A stretch of 64,000 nt of DNA from Ruditapes philippinarum. Its lineage: Eukaryota. Below are positions 53,761 through 64,000 of the stretch, in pieces. The position numbers and the translations under genes were made by a program. Numbering within the stretch: position 1 is the first letter of the stretch; every line of letters begins with the position of its first letter. Under the pieces are notes generated by a model. That model was not told the DNA's origin. It did not search any database and saw only the letters and a list, made by a program, of their open reading frames with translations. The stretch spans positions 62,001 through 126,000 of the forward strand of contig NW_026861405.1 of the NCBI RefSeq assembly GCF_026571515.1, given 5' to 3'.

Positions 53761-55107
53761 AAAAATGGTTATAATTAACATAACAGTGAAATTGTCAGAA
53801 TTTGAAATGCATGTCTTTAAAGTGAAACCCATATGTAGCAATAAAAATATTTACACATGTTAATTTTGGTAATGAACTTTACGTGCTAATTCTGGTAATG
53901 AACTTCAAAACATTTGCGTGATGAAGTTAAAGATGTGAAATACCAGGTTTGATATCAAACCAGAGACTTGTATTACATATTTAAATCAAGCTCTTTGATC
54001 AAACTTAAAATTCCTTAACTTTTTTTTTTTGGATTTCAATTAATTATTCTATATTTTCACACTGGCCATAGCTTTCGCAGAAGCGGTGGGTCTACCGCAG
54101 CGACGGTGGAGTATTCGTCGCAGAAGCGGTGGATAAAATATGGCCGTTTGCTGTTGTCGGTAAGTATACGACAGAATTTTGTTTTATGTTTTAATGTTTT
54201 ACTGGAAACACTCAGTGAGACTGGAGCCCACATATGTACTCTTTCAACCTATTACACGGATACGGTGCAATTCATTGCCGTTTATGCAAACACTTCTGTA
54301 CAGTTTGATGAGGGGACGCCACTTTTGCCTAATTTTGGTTAAAACACATACAAATGTGTGCAAAACGACCCCATCATACATCGGCATCACATCCGATCAA
54401 TGATACTTTCACAAATTAATCATAATTTGAAAAATTGGGAAATTATTATTGCCTGTTTATAAAATAAATGAAAAAAATGTTTTCGTCGCAGACGGCGGTG
54501 GATTCGATTGCAACGCAGTGCGGTGGACCCGATACCATTTTTGTATATTTTAAGAATTTAACTTGACGTAAGGCACTTTTTAATTGAGTGCAGCCATTTT
54601 CTTACTTTGACATCTGCCATAATTATCATAGAATAATCCACGTTCAACAATTTATTGCGGGTTATTACTAAGTATCAAGTATATTTGATTGTGAATGCAC
54701 CATTCCAGTTGAAAAGCGCAGGAAAGTAAGAACATATAATAATTTTATATATAATGCCCTTTATCATATTTGTATTTCCAAGTTCATATTAGGGTTCATG
54801 CATTTGACAACCCGGACCGTAGAGGAAACGGCGGAAACTAAGAGTCATAATATTTGACCTTGATGCACCACCGAAAGGTAATATAGCGATGTGCAGGGAA
54901 TTCCACAAATGTGATGAATCCAGCCAAAATATCACATGTGTCAGACATTTACATGTTACACGTGATCACGTGTTATACCTTATAACCAATGCCGATTTCT
55001 GACTTATTAAAAGCGGCATGGCAGGTATGCATATATTTTTGCATTACGGCATATGAGTTATAAAAACATAAAGTTAACACATATTCATGGCATTTTCGAG
55101 AGTATCA

Positions 55108-56128
55108 TATTAGTTATAAAGATTTTGAAAGGCTATACAATATGGCCGTATATAAACGGTTGTTTGAAAATATAATTCATAAACATAAATTTTTTATTAA
55201 ATAAACAGCAGTCGTATATATAAACTTTATAATACTGCATGTTTGTAACGTATTTTTTCATTGGAAAATCGAGACGTTTATCTAATTATAGAGCTCTTTG
55301 GTTTATTTGTAACTTTATTTTCTGATTTTTACAACATGTACAAGTATTATAAAGAATTTCGATCGATAGCCATTAATATTGCGAACAACCGTTTATATAC
55401 GAACATATAATCTGTTGGATTTATTTACAACGAACTCATAATACATCAAGCATTTTTTGTTAGAGAAAAATGAGATAATTTCATAAATCGACGGCAGCCA
55501 TGTATCTAAAAAGTACATTGTATGTATTTATTACATGTTTTGCAGTAGATTACTGAATTATTACGGTTAATTATATTCTGATAATTTCACAGTAATGATT
55601 ACCAAATATAATTTCACAGTAGCCGAACTATATTTGGCGTAAAAATAAAATATTTATCATTAATGAATGTTTTTTTCAGCGGAAATGTAGTCAATCATAA
55701 TAAAAAATGTACGTGATAACTGTAGTTCGTAAATATTTTCGAACGTTGTGCTGAAAAACATCTAAAATCTAAAAATAATCATGGAATTATATTTTGCTTC
55801 AACATTGTGACGTCATATTTGATGACGTCATGAAGATAAGAGCATGACGTTACGCGGCAAAAATCAGTAAAATGGTGTAAAAATCGTTAAAAAATCATGA
55901 AATAAACAGAAAATTTGTTTGTTTTACATGTAAGATCAAATAATATTTCACTCGTGAACCCCAGCTATTATATTTTCACTCGTGGCTACGCCACTCGTGG
56001 AAAATATTGCATCTGGTGTTCACTCGGTGAAATATTTTTCGATCTTACACTGAAACCAACAAATATCCTCTATATAAACGTCACGATTATCCAATGAAAA
56101 GTGACGTAACAAATGTGCAGTGTTATAA
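55108..56128. mobile_element. Second cluster of hairpin-terminated elements, nested in the CAC element
   Basis: Degenerate copies of the 27.4-kb hairpin family (55108-55282, 55347-55505), a hairpin at 55912-56066 with apex CACTCGTGGCTACGCCACTCGTG, and the ~55-bp end segment at 56073-56128. Confidence 0.7.
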
Positions 56129-56342
56129 ACACATACACGCAGAATTAAGGAGGTTCAATATAATTATATTCTTTAAATTAAGCATGATGCTAGAATATGA
56201 TAACATAAACATTTAGAGCAGAAAAAAACTTAGGGGTCACCGATCTCATTTCCTGTACGTGAATTTGATTTTTTCCTTAATTGTGGTTATTTCAAGGTCA
56301 TATAACTTAAATGCAAGTCTGAAAAATCTTTTTTCTCCCGCT

Positions 56343-58586
56343 TAATATGAAAAAGGCAAAGCCTCAAAGCGAGCTCGATGTACTTTTTACATGTTTTACG
56401 TGAAATAGTATGAAATAATCGCTCTTTTTTATTTCAAATGCAGTGACGAGTGCGTGTGACGTCACACGAACTGTGTTAAATATGTCATCGCCCCTGTCGT
56501 GAAATGAATAACTAGTTTTGAAAACGTTGATAGCGAGCTCGACGAGTTTTTGTTTTGCACGTGCTGTTTGGCGCTACATTGTGACGTCACGTAAACAATA
56601 CTTTAAACGTCTGTACAGCATTAACGACTGAATAAAAGATATTGGTGTTCGGATTCATTTTCTTAGTTAGACCATTTTCTTTCATTCTAGATAGTTTTCA
56701 CAACAAAATTCGACAAAAAAATGTTTTTATTTATCAGATTTCAAACAAAATGGCGCCTTCGATTTTCATTTTTTATACACAGCTTCCGTTATTCTGGTTC
56801 CCTGTCCAATTATGGTTCCCATAGACGTGCGCGGGTGACCAGTCTACACATCCGTTTTCAGTCAGAATTCTTCAGTTTTTACCGTTATCTTTAAATTCGA
56901 AAGGTTGCGATGTGTCCAATTCGGTACTTTGGACGAAAGTTTTCAAAACCATCACTTAGCAGGTACTCGCGTTACCGTAAAGCTCGCTTTGCGAGCAGGC
57001 CCTTCGGGCCAGCTCGTCGAGCTCGCTAATATGAAAAAGGCAAAGCCTTAAAGCGAGCTCGATGTACTTTTAACGTGAAATAGCATGAAATAATCGCTAA
57101 TTTTTATTTCAAATGCAGTAACGAGTGCGTGTGACGTCACACGTACTGTGTTAATTTATGGATCCGCCCCTGTCGTGAAATGAATAACGAGTTTTGAAAA
57201 CGTTGATAAAACTTTGTTTATTTTATTTCACTCTATAAATTTTCAAGCGAAATAAAGATTATTTAAAGTGAAATAAATGTAAAACTTAAAACATTTGCGA
57301 CATTAAAATAGCGTACTTGATTTGTTTGTTTTGCACGTGCTGTTTGGCGCTACATTGTGACGTCAAGTAAACAATATTTTAAACGTCTGTACAGCGTTAA
57401 CGACTGAATAAAAGATATTGGTGTTCGGATTCATTTTCTTAGTTAGACCATTGTCTTTCATTCTAGATAGTTTTCACAACAAAATTCAACAAAATTGTTT
57501 TTATTTATCAGATTTCAAACAAAATGGCGCCTTCGATTTTCATTTTTATACACAGCTTCCGTTATTCTGGTTCCCTGTCCAATTATGGTTCCCATAGACG
57601 TGCGCGGGTGACCAGTCTACACATCCGTTTTCAGTCAGAATTCCTCAGTTTTTATCGTTATCTTTAAATTCGAAAGGTTGCGATGTGTCCAATACGGTAC
57701 TTTGGACGAAAGTTTTCTAAACCATCACTTAGCAGGTACTCGCGTTACCGTAAAGCTCGCTTTGCGAGCAGGCCCTTCGGGCCAGCTCGTCGAGCTCGCT
57801 AATATGAAAAAGGCAAAGCCTCAAAGCGAGCTCGATGTACTTTTAACGTGAAATAGTATAAAATAATCTCAAATGCAGTGACGAGTGCGTGTGACGTTAC
57901 GTACTGTGTTATGGCTCCGCCCCTGTCGTTAAATGAATAACGAGTTTTGAAAACGTTGATAAAACTTTGTTTATTTTATTTCACTCTATAACTTTTCAAG
58001 CGAAATAAAGATAATTATAAGTGAAATAAATGTAAAACTTAAAACGTTTGCGACATTAAAATAGCGTACTTGATTTGTTTGTTTTGCACGTGCTGTTTGG
58101 CGCTACATTGTGACGTCACGTAAACAATACTTTAAACGTCTGTACAGCGTTAACGACTGAATAAAAGATATTGTTGTTCGGATTCATTTTCTTAGTTAGA
58201 CCATTTTCTTTTATTCTATTTCACAACAAAATTCGACAAAAAATTGTTTTTATTTATCAGATTTTTCAAACAAAATGGCGCCTTCAATTTTCATTTTACA
58301 TTTTCCGTTTTAAAACTGTCATTCGATATTTTATACACAGCTTCCGTTATTCTGGTTCCCTGTCCAATTATGGTTCCCATAGACGTGCGCGGGTGACCAG
58401 TCTACACATCCGTTTTCATTCAGAATTCCTCAGTTTTTATCGTTATCTTTTAATTCGAAAGGTTGCGATGTGTCCAATTTGGTACTTCGGACGAAAGTTT
58501 TCAAAACCATCACTTAGCAGGTACTCGCGTTACCGTAAAGCTCGCTTTGCGAGCAGGCCCTTCGGGCCAGCTCGTCGAGCTCGCTA
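56343..58586 (-). mobile_element. Three head-to-tail copies of a ~700-790 bp Helentron/HINE element
   Basis: Units start at 56343, 57027 and 57800 (TAATATGAAAAAGGCAAAGCCT). SubTIRs AGCGAGCTCGA / TCGAGCTCGCT, small terminal hairpin AGGCAAAGCCT, and GC hairpins at the opposite end. Confidence 0.8.
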
Positions 58587-59729
58587 TTAAGTTCTTTACT
58601 ATATTTGTGTACATTTTTAAAGAAAGACTTAATTCCATAAAATACTTCTATTTCCTTTTTTTTTATTTCATTTCATACTTTAAAATTCTTTAAACATATA
58701 CCATATCTGAAACCATTTTTTTATATATATGTCACAATTTAAGAAAAAGAAGAAAAAACGCGTAGGTCTTTACTAAAAAGTAATAGAGAAAAAACTTTTC
58801 CTGAAACAACTCTTACGGTGTTAACATAAAATTTATTTATATTAGTGTTCTCACTATATGGTAATATAACACAGTGACATTAAAAACTGAGGTTGTTTTT
58901 CGTATTCAAGAAGCATGTTCTGTTTATCTTTACGAGTATCTTTTATATGTCTGTATGACAAAAAATGAACTTACGGTCTTTTTAAGTTCAAGGTTGAACG
59001 TAGATTATTCAATGATAATTATGGCTGAAGTAATTTTCAATGTCAGGAAAATGAAAGCGGACCTCGGACATATACTTGTACGAACGTATATATAATAATT
59101 AATATCGTTTTAAACATCAAATAAGCACGTTTCTCAGATGTCAAAGTAAGAAAAGGGCTGTACTCAATTGAAAAATGCCTTACGTCAAGTTAAATTCTTA
59201 AAATATACAAAAATAGTATCGGGCCCACCGTACTGCGTTGCAATCGAATCCACTGCCGTCTGCGACGAAAACATTTTTTTTCATTTATTTTATAAACAGG
59301 CAATAATAATTTCCAAATTTTCCAAATTATGGTTAATTTGTGAAAGTATCATTGATTGGATGTGATGCCGATGCATTATTGGGTCGTTTTGCACACAGTT
59401 GTATGTGTTTTAACCAAAATTAGACAAAAGTGGCGTCCCCTCATCAAACTGTACAGAAGTATTTGCATAAACGGCAATGAATTGCACCGTGTCCTTGTAA
59501 TAGGTTGAAAGAGTACATATGTGGGCTCCAGTCTCACTGAGTGTTTCCAGTAAAACATTAAAACATAAAACAAAATTCAGTCATATACTTACCGAAAACA
59601 ACAAACGGCCATATTTTATCCACCGTCGCTGCGGTAGACCCACCGCTTCTGCGAAAGCTATGGCCAGTGTGATTTTGGGACAAGAGTAATTTGTGGATTT
59701 TTCTGAATAAAAAAATCGTTTTAAGGTTC

Positions 59730-61625
59730 TCATCTACATCTACATTGTACGTCGGCGCAATCACACTTGATTTTGACGCGACGGGTGGTGCTAGGTCAAG
59801 AAAAAGAAATATACAAGAAATGATAGAAAGTTAGAAGAGGTTGGATAGTACAAAGGTAGAGATATAGACAAAAAGTATGGCCAGCTACATTTCGCCTCTT
59901 CAATCCAAACCTCTCCGGTTACGGTGGCCGCTGCCGGCACAGCCTTGGATATCACTAGTGGGTACTTGTAGCTGGGCCCCTAAGGCGACTTAGAATGTGA
60001 GGGCTGATAGCCCCTGCTTGAAGGATACCAAGTCAGGGGCCTCTGCAACGGAGGCAGGTAGGCTGTTCCATATTGTGGCTGTACGAGGTAAGAAGGAGTT
60101 CTTGTAGTACGATGTAAATGTGGATGGTAGATGGAACTTCTTGGAGTGGTCACTTCTAGTGCGGCTCGGGGCAGGGGTGAGATAATCGCTGACTGGTATG
60201 TCCACAAGGTCATTGGTGATCTTGAACATCATGGTCAGCTGGACTTTGGTCCGTCGTGACTCTAATGTCTCCCACTCCAAGTGTTGGATCATTGAGGATA
60301 CGCTGCTTGTGTTGTGGTAACGGTTCGTCACATATCTTGCAGCTCTCCTCTGGACTATCTCGAGCTTGCGTGTAAGGTCCTTGGTATAAGGGTTCCAGAC
60401 GGTGGAGCAATATTCAAGGCCTGGTCGCACGAGTGACATGTAGGCTGTGCTCTTGACCTGTTCATTGCTGATGCGCAGGTTGCGTCGAAGGAAGCCGAGT
60501 GTACTGTTGCCCTTCTTCACGATCTTGTCAACATGTTGATTCCAGGAGCGGTTTCCAGACATATGGACTCCGAGGTACTTGGTTGTCGAGTCTATCTCGA
60601 GTGTGTGGCCCTTCAAGGAGTACGGGTATATGATGGGGTTCCTCTTCCTGTGGATCCTGATTATACTGCATTTCTCTGGGTGGAAACTCATGCCCCAGCG
60701 TTTCTCCCACAATGCCAACTTCTTCAGGTCATCCTGTAAAATGTGGCAGTCCTCTTCAGTGGTGATTTCCCGGTATACCACACAGTCGTCAGCAAAGAGT
60801 CTGGCTTTGGACGTGACATGAAGTGGCAGGTCATTGATGAAGACCAGGAAGAGTATGGGTCCGAGCACTCTTCCCTGGGGGACTCCGCTGATAACGGGTG
60901 CTGGGTCGGACGTTGCTCCATCAACAACTACGCGCTGAGTGCGGCCTGTGAGAAATGCCTCAATCAACTTCAGGGTATGGTTTCTGATGCCATAATGATG
61001 GAGATTGACAAGCAAGCGACTGTGTGGGACGCGGTCGAAGGCTTTGCTGAAGTCCAGTACTGCGAGGTCATGTTGTTTACGCCGGTCCATGGACTTGGTG
61101 AGCTCATCTGTCAGCGTTAGTAGCTGGGTTTCGCAGCTCCGCCTTCTTCTAAATCCATACGGGCTGTCGGTGAGTATCTTGTGACTATCCAAATGATTCA
61201 TTATGTTGCTAACGATGATGTGCTCCAGCATCTTGCAGGCTATGCAGGTGAGGGATACCGGTCGATAGTTGCTGGCTTTGAAGCGCTCCCCTTTCTTAAA
61301 TATGACTGACACGTTGGCTGTTAACCACACCTCAGGTATGCTGCCAGTAGAGAGGCACTTTTTGTAGATGACGACCAGGTATGACGAATACTGTTCAGCC
61401 ATCTCCTTAAGGATGCGCGCAGAGATCATGTCTGGGCCTGCTGCCTTCTTTGGGTTGAGCTTCCTGAGTAGTGTAAGCACTCCCTTGTTGGTAATCTCTA
61501 TGTCAGGCATGGTGGGGGATAGTTCGCCCTCAGGATTTGGGATGCTGGATTTGTCCTCCCTAGTGAAAACGGATTGGTATTGGTTGTTTAGGATATTGGC
61601 TTTGTCGATTGATTCAGCATTGATT
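59730..61625 (-). mobile_element. 5'-truncated CR1/L2-group LINE
   Basis: GC-rich block with an open RT frame, a ~260-bp 3' UTR and a (GTAGAT)n tail at 59745-59730; the endonuclease domain is absent. Confidence 0.9.
59990..61510 (-). CDS. Non-LTR retrotransposon reverse transcriptase (ORF2 fragment)
   Basis: Motifs KAAGPD, NYRPVSLT, GFR..RSCETQL, LDFSKAFDRV, SGVPQG.VLGP.LF, FADD, KYLGV. The frame stays open upstream to ~61620 (KANILNNQYQSVFT). Confidence 0.9.
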   Translation of the reverse strand: MPDIEITNKGVLTLLRKLNPKKAAGPDMISARILKEMAEQYSSYLVVIYKKCLSTGSIPEVWLTANVSVIFKKGERFKASNYRPVSLTCIACKMLEHIIVSNIMNHLDSHKILTDSPYGFRRRRSCETQLLTLTDELTKSMDRRKQHDLAVLDFSKAFDRVPHSRLLVNLHHYGIRNHTLKLIEAFLTGRTQRVVVDGATSDPAPVISGVPQGRVLGPILFLVFINDLPLHVTSKARLFADDCVVYREITTEEDCHILQDDLKKLALWEKRWGMSFHPEKCSIIRIHRKRNPIIYPYSLKGHTLEIDSTTKYLGVHMSGNRSWNQHVDKIVKKGNSTLGFLRRNLRISNEQVKSTAYMSLVRPGLEYCSTVWNPYTKDLTRKLEIVQRRAARYVTNRYHNTSSVSSMIQHLEWETLESRRTKVQLTMMFKITNDLVDIPVSDYLTPAPSRTRSDHSKKFHLPSTFTSYYKNSFLPRTATIWNSLPASVAEAPDLVSFKQGLSALTF

Positions 61626-61827
61626 CTGGCACAGATAGATCTGAATTATTTGTAGATCTCAAGTTTAGCTGATGTTTTTGGTGTATGAATTGGAATATTG
61701 AGGAAATAGAACATTTCCATTTTCTAAAGTTAATCAATGGACGGTGCATTATAATTATTCTTGCAGCTTATCATTGAATAGATCAATTAACTGCTGCTTT
61801 TATCCCAGATTGTACAGTTATAATGTA

Positions 61828-62121
61828 AGTGTGGCTGGCACTAGGGAAACGCGCCAAATGGCGCGTTGTCGCACTGTCGTCTTGTCCCTAGTGAAGCACG
61901 ACAAACGGCACGTTGTCGTGCGGCACATTGTCGCCCTTTCGCTTGGCTTATATATATAAAAATAGACAATCCTTCGATTTGAGCCGAGCGACAACGTGAC
62001 ATCGCAACAACACATCGCACGACAACAAGACGAAAGTCCGACAACGCGCTGTTTGGTCCCTTTTCGTTCTGTCGCTAGCGACAACACGACGCACAAAAGC
62101 GTTCCAAATCAGCCACCATAG
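61828..62121. mobile_element. Degenerate MITE with CGACA subterminal repeats
   Basis: GTGGCTG...CAGCCAC ends, with many TGTCG/CGACA motifs in opposing orientation. Confidence 0.45.
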
Positions 62122-62299
62122 GTAAGATATATGCCGAGATATTGTACATTTCTGGTTAGAAAGTGTAACTAATTATTGTATTTTAAGCAAATTCTCTGTG
62201 TGGATTTTCCATTTCATTTTATTGTTGACAAAAAAATAAAGTAACTTTTCGGTTTCAGAAAATTCATTTACCTGATCTTAAAGGTGTAATGGTGGTTAC

Positions 62300-62960
62300 A
62301 AAATTATAGCTGTGTAATGTTAGATGTGTCAGTTAACACCATTGCATTTTGTCTGCACCAAAGACTGACATGTTCTAGGATAGTTTGACGTTTGGATCTT
62401 AGTTCTTGTGCCAAAATGTCCTGATGCTGTAAGGTAGATGTACTCTTCAAGATATCTATTCTGACATCGCCAACATTAAGAGACAAATCGTTAATAAAAA
62501 GCGAAAACACAAGGACAGACCCTTGAGGTAGTCCTGATATGTTAATTTGGTAGACTCAAACAGTTTGCCTGGTACACTGACTCTCTGTGTTCTGTTTCTT
62601 GGTAGATAAGTTATAAACTGAATAATATTGTGCGAAGAATAATGGTAATAATGAAATAAGAAGCTTGAGATATGTCGAGGAGAATTGTGCCGGTTAGTTC
62701 TCCCTTATTCATTGCATTTATCCATTTGTCATGTTGTGACAAGAGTGCTTAGATCTAAATCCTGTCTGTCATACAAATATTTTAGAAATGAGTGGTAATA
62801 CAGATATTGGTCTAAAGTTGTTTCTTTTTTCCCCTTTTTTTGATCCTGTTTTATGAATGGATATAATTGTTTTTACCTGGTTTTAATACTCATATTGATA
62901 ACAGACGTTAAGCGGTCTGCATATGTGAGAGAGTGCAGTTTTTAGAAATATTGCACTTAT
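62300..62960 (-). pseudogene. Degenerate LINE RT fragment
   Basis: Minus-strand remnants NFRPISVLP, ILLD, GLPQGSVL, FSLFINDL, WCRQNAMVL, with stops and frameshifts. Confidence 0.75.
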
Positions 62961-63149
62961 TTCCAATCGCATCTTGTTTACGCTAAGAAACTTAACATAG
63001 AAACAAGTAGTAAACTTGTAAATAAGTCGAATTACAATTAAAAAGAGTATTAATTAATACTGCATATGCACTAACAAGTTACATGTACGAGTAGAGTTAA
63101 TAAGAATTAATAGATAGAATAAAATAATATCAATTGATCTATTGTAACA

Positions 63150-64000
63150 ATGAAGTCCTATATACTCACATTTAAAGCAATACCTTGAGGAAAATCAACT
63201 TCTCTACCAACGTCAGTCTGGATTCAGGTCAAATCATTCATGTCAAACTGCACTGATTAGAATTATTGATGATTGGATTACAGTTACTGACAAAAATGAA
63301 ATAGTTGGTTCAATTTTCCTTGATCTCTCTAAAGCTTTTGACTATGTGGATCACTCTATTATTATTGGCAAGCTTAGAATGTATAACCTAGACCTTTCAA
63401 CAGTTTCCTGGTTTTCCTCCTATTTAGATTGCAGAACCCAACAAACTTACATATCCGGTTTATATTCAGAGTCAAGTTGAGTAACTACTGGAGTTCCTCA
63501 GGGCTCAGTGCTAGGTCCTATACTGTTTTTAATCTATATCAATGACCTGCCTTTGTCTATGGAAAAAAAAGAAACTGATATTTTTGCTGATGACACCACC
63601 CTTTCAACCTCTGATGTATCCCTAAACAGAGTAGTTGAATCTCTTACTCATGATCTTTTAAATGCCAACAAATGGTGTGATTTGAATCGCAAGTCTGGTG
63701 TCTATCAATGTTAACAAAACTAATGTCATGTATTTTTTCTCAAAACACAAGCAAAATTATATTCATGAAAGTAATCCTTGTATTTCATATAAAACAGAGC
63801 AAATTTTTTGAAGCTCTGAAGAAAAATTATTGGGTATTACAATTAATAACACATTGTCTTGGCAAAGCCATATTGATAATGTTCTTAAAAAAATGTAACT
63901 CATTGTTGCATTTATTATCACGTATAAAATTATATCATATCTATACCTGTACGTAAAATGTTTTACAATGCAAATATTTTACCACATCTTGATTATCGTT
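63150..64000 (+). pseudogene. Degenerate CR1/L2 LINE RT fragment (runs off window)
   Basis: [50 protein letters not shown]; in-frame TGA at 63478-63480 and later frameshifts. Confidence 0.85.

Larger units (their letters stand above)
54058..59671. mobile_element. Non-autonomous CAC-terminated DNA transposon with ~600-bp inverted arms and 5-bp TSD (Transib/RAG-like candidate)
   Basis: Both ends read CACACTGGCCATAGCTTTCGCAGAAGCGGTGGG; ATTTT lies at 54053-54057 and 59672-59676. Arms 54058-~54648 and ~58993-59671 are inverted copies. No transposase ORF. Confidence 0.85.

Noticed and set aside
54106-59764. Duplicated small ORFs (MFYVLMFYWKHSVRLEP...) as genes or transposase
   Set aside because: They are chance ORFs in the two inverted arms, with no recognisable domain.
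60210-61655. Overlapping alternative-frame and antisense ORFs in the LINE
   Set aside because: Expected shadows of a GC-rich coding sequence.

Overview
AT-rich, intron-containing animal genomic DNA. The repeat landscape (tRNA-derived SINEs, Helentron-type elements with ~160-bp internal satellites, long-TIR MITEs) suggests a bivalve mollusc; this is an inference. Three spliced protein-coding genes lie on the minus strand. The first is a 3-coding-exon UNC-93-like MFS membrane protein (1191-3278). The second is a secreted IL-17-family cytokine (14839-15444) that has lost all four cystine-knot ring cysteines, with a candidate NF-kB/CRE promoter and an ARE-rich 3' UTR. The third is an 18-coding-exon FACT subunit SSRP1 (32162-50938), whose first HMG-box exon lies in low-quality sequence. 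The rest is dense in repeats: minisatellites, a 3.8-kb G-rich satellite, three CAG...CTG elements with 6-bp TSDs, and a set of long hairpins sharing a CTCG/CTCG mismatch at the apex. There is also a 5.6-kb CAC-ended, 5-bp-TSD element with RSS-like ends (Transib/RAG-like candidate) carrying nested elements, plus several CR1/L2-group LINE fragments, one with a long open RT frame. There are no prokaryotic features and no CRISPR array. All calls are by eye; no searches were run.
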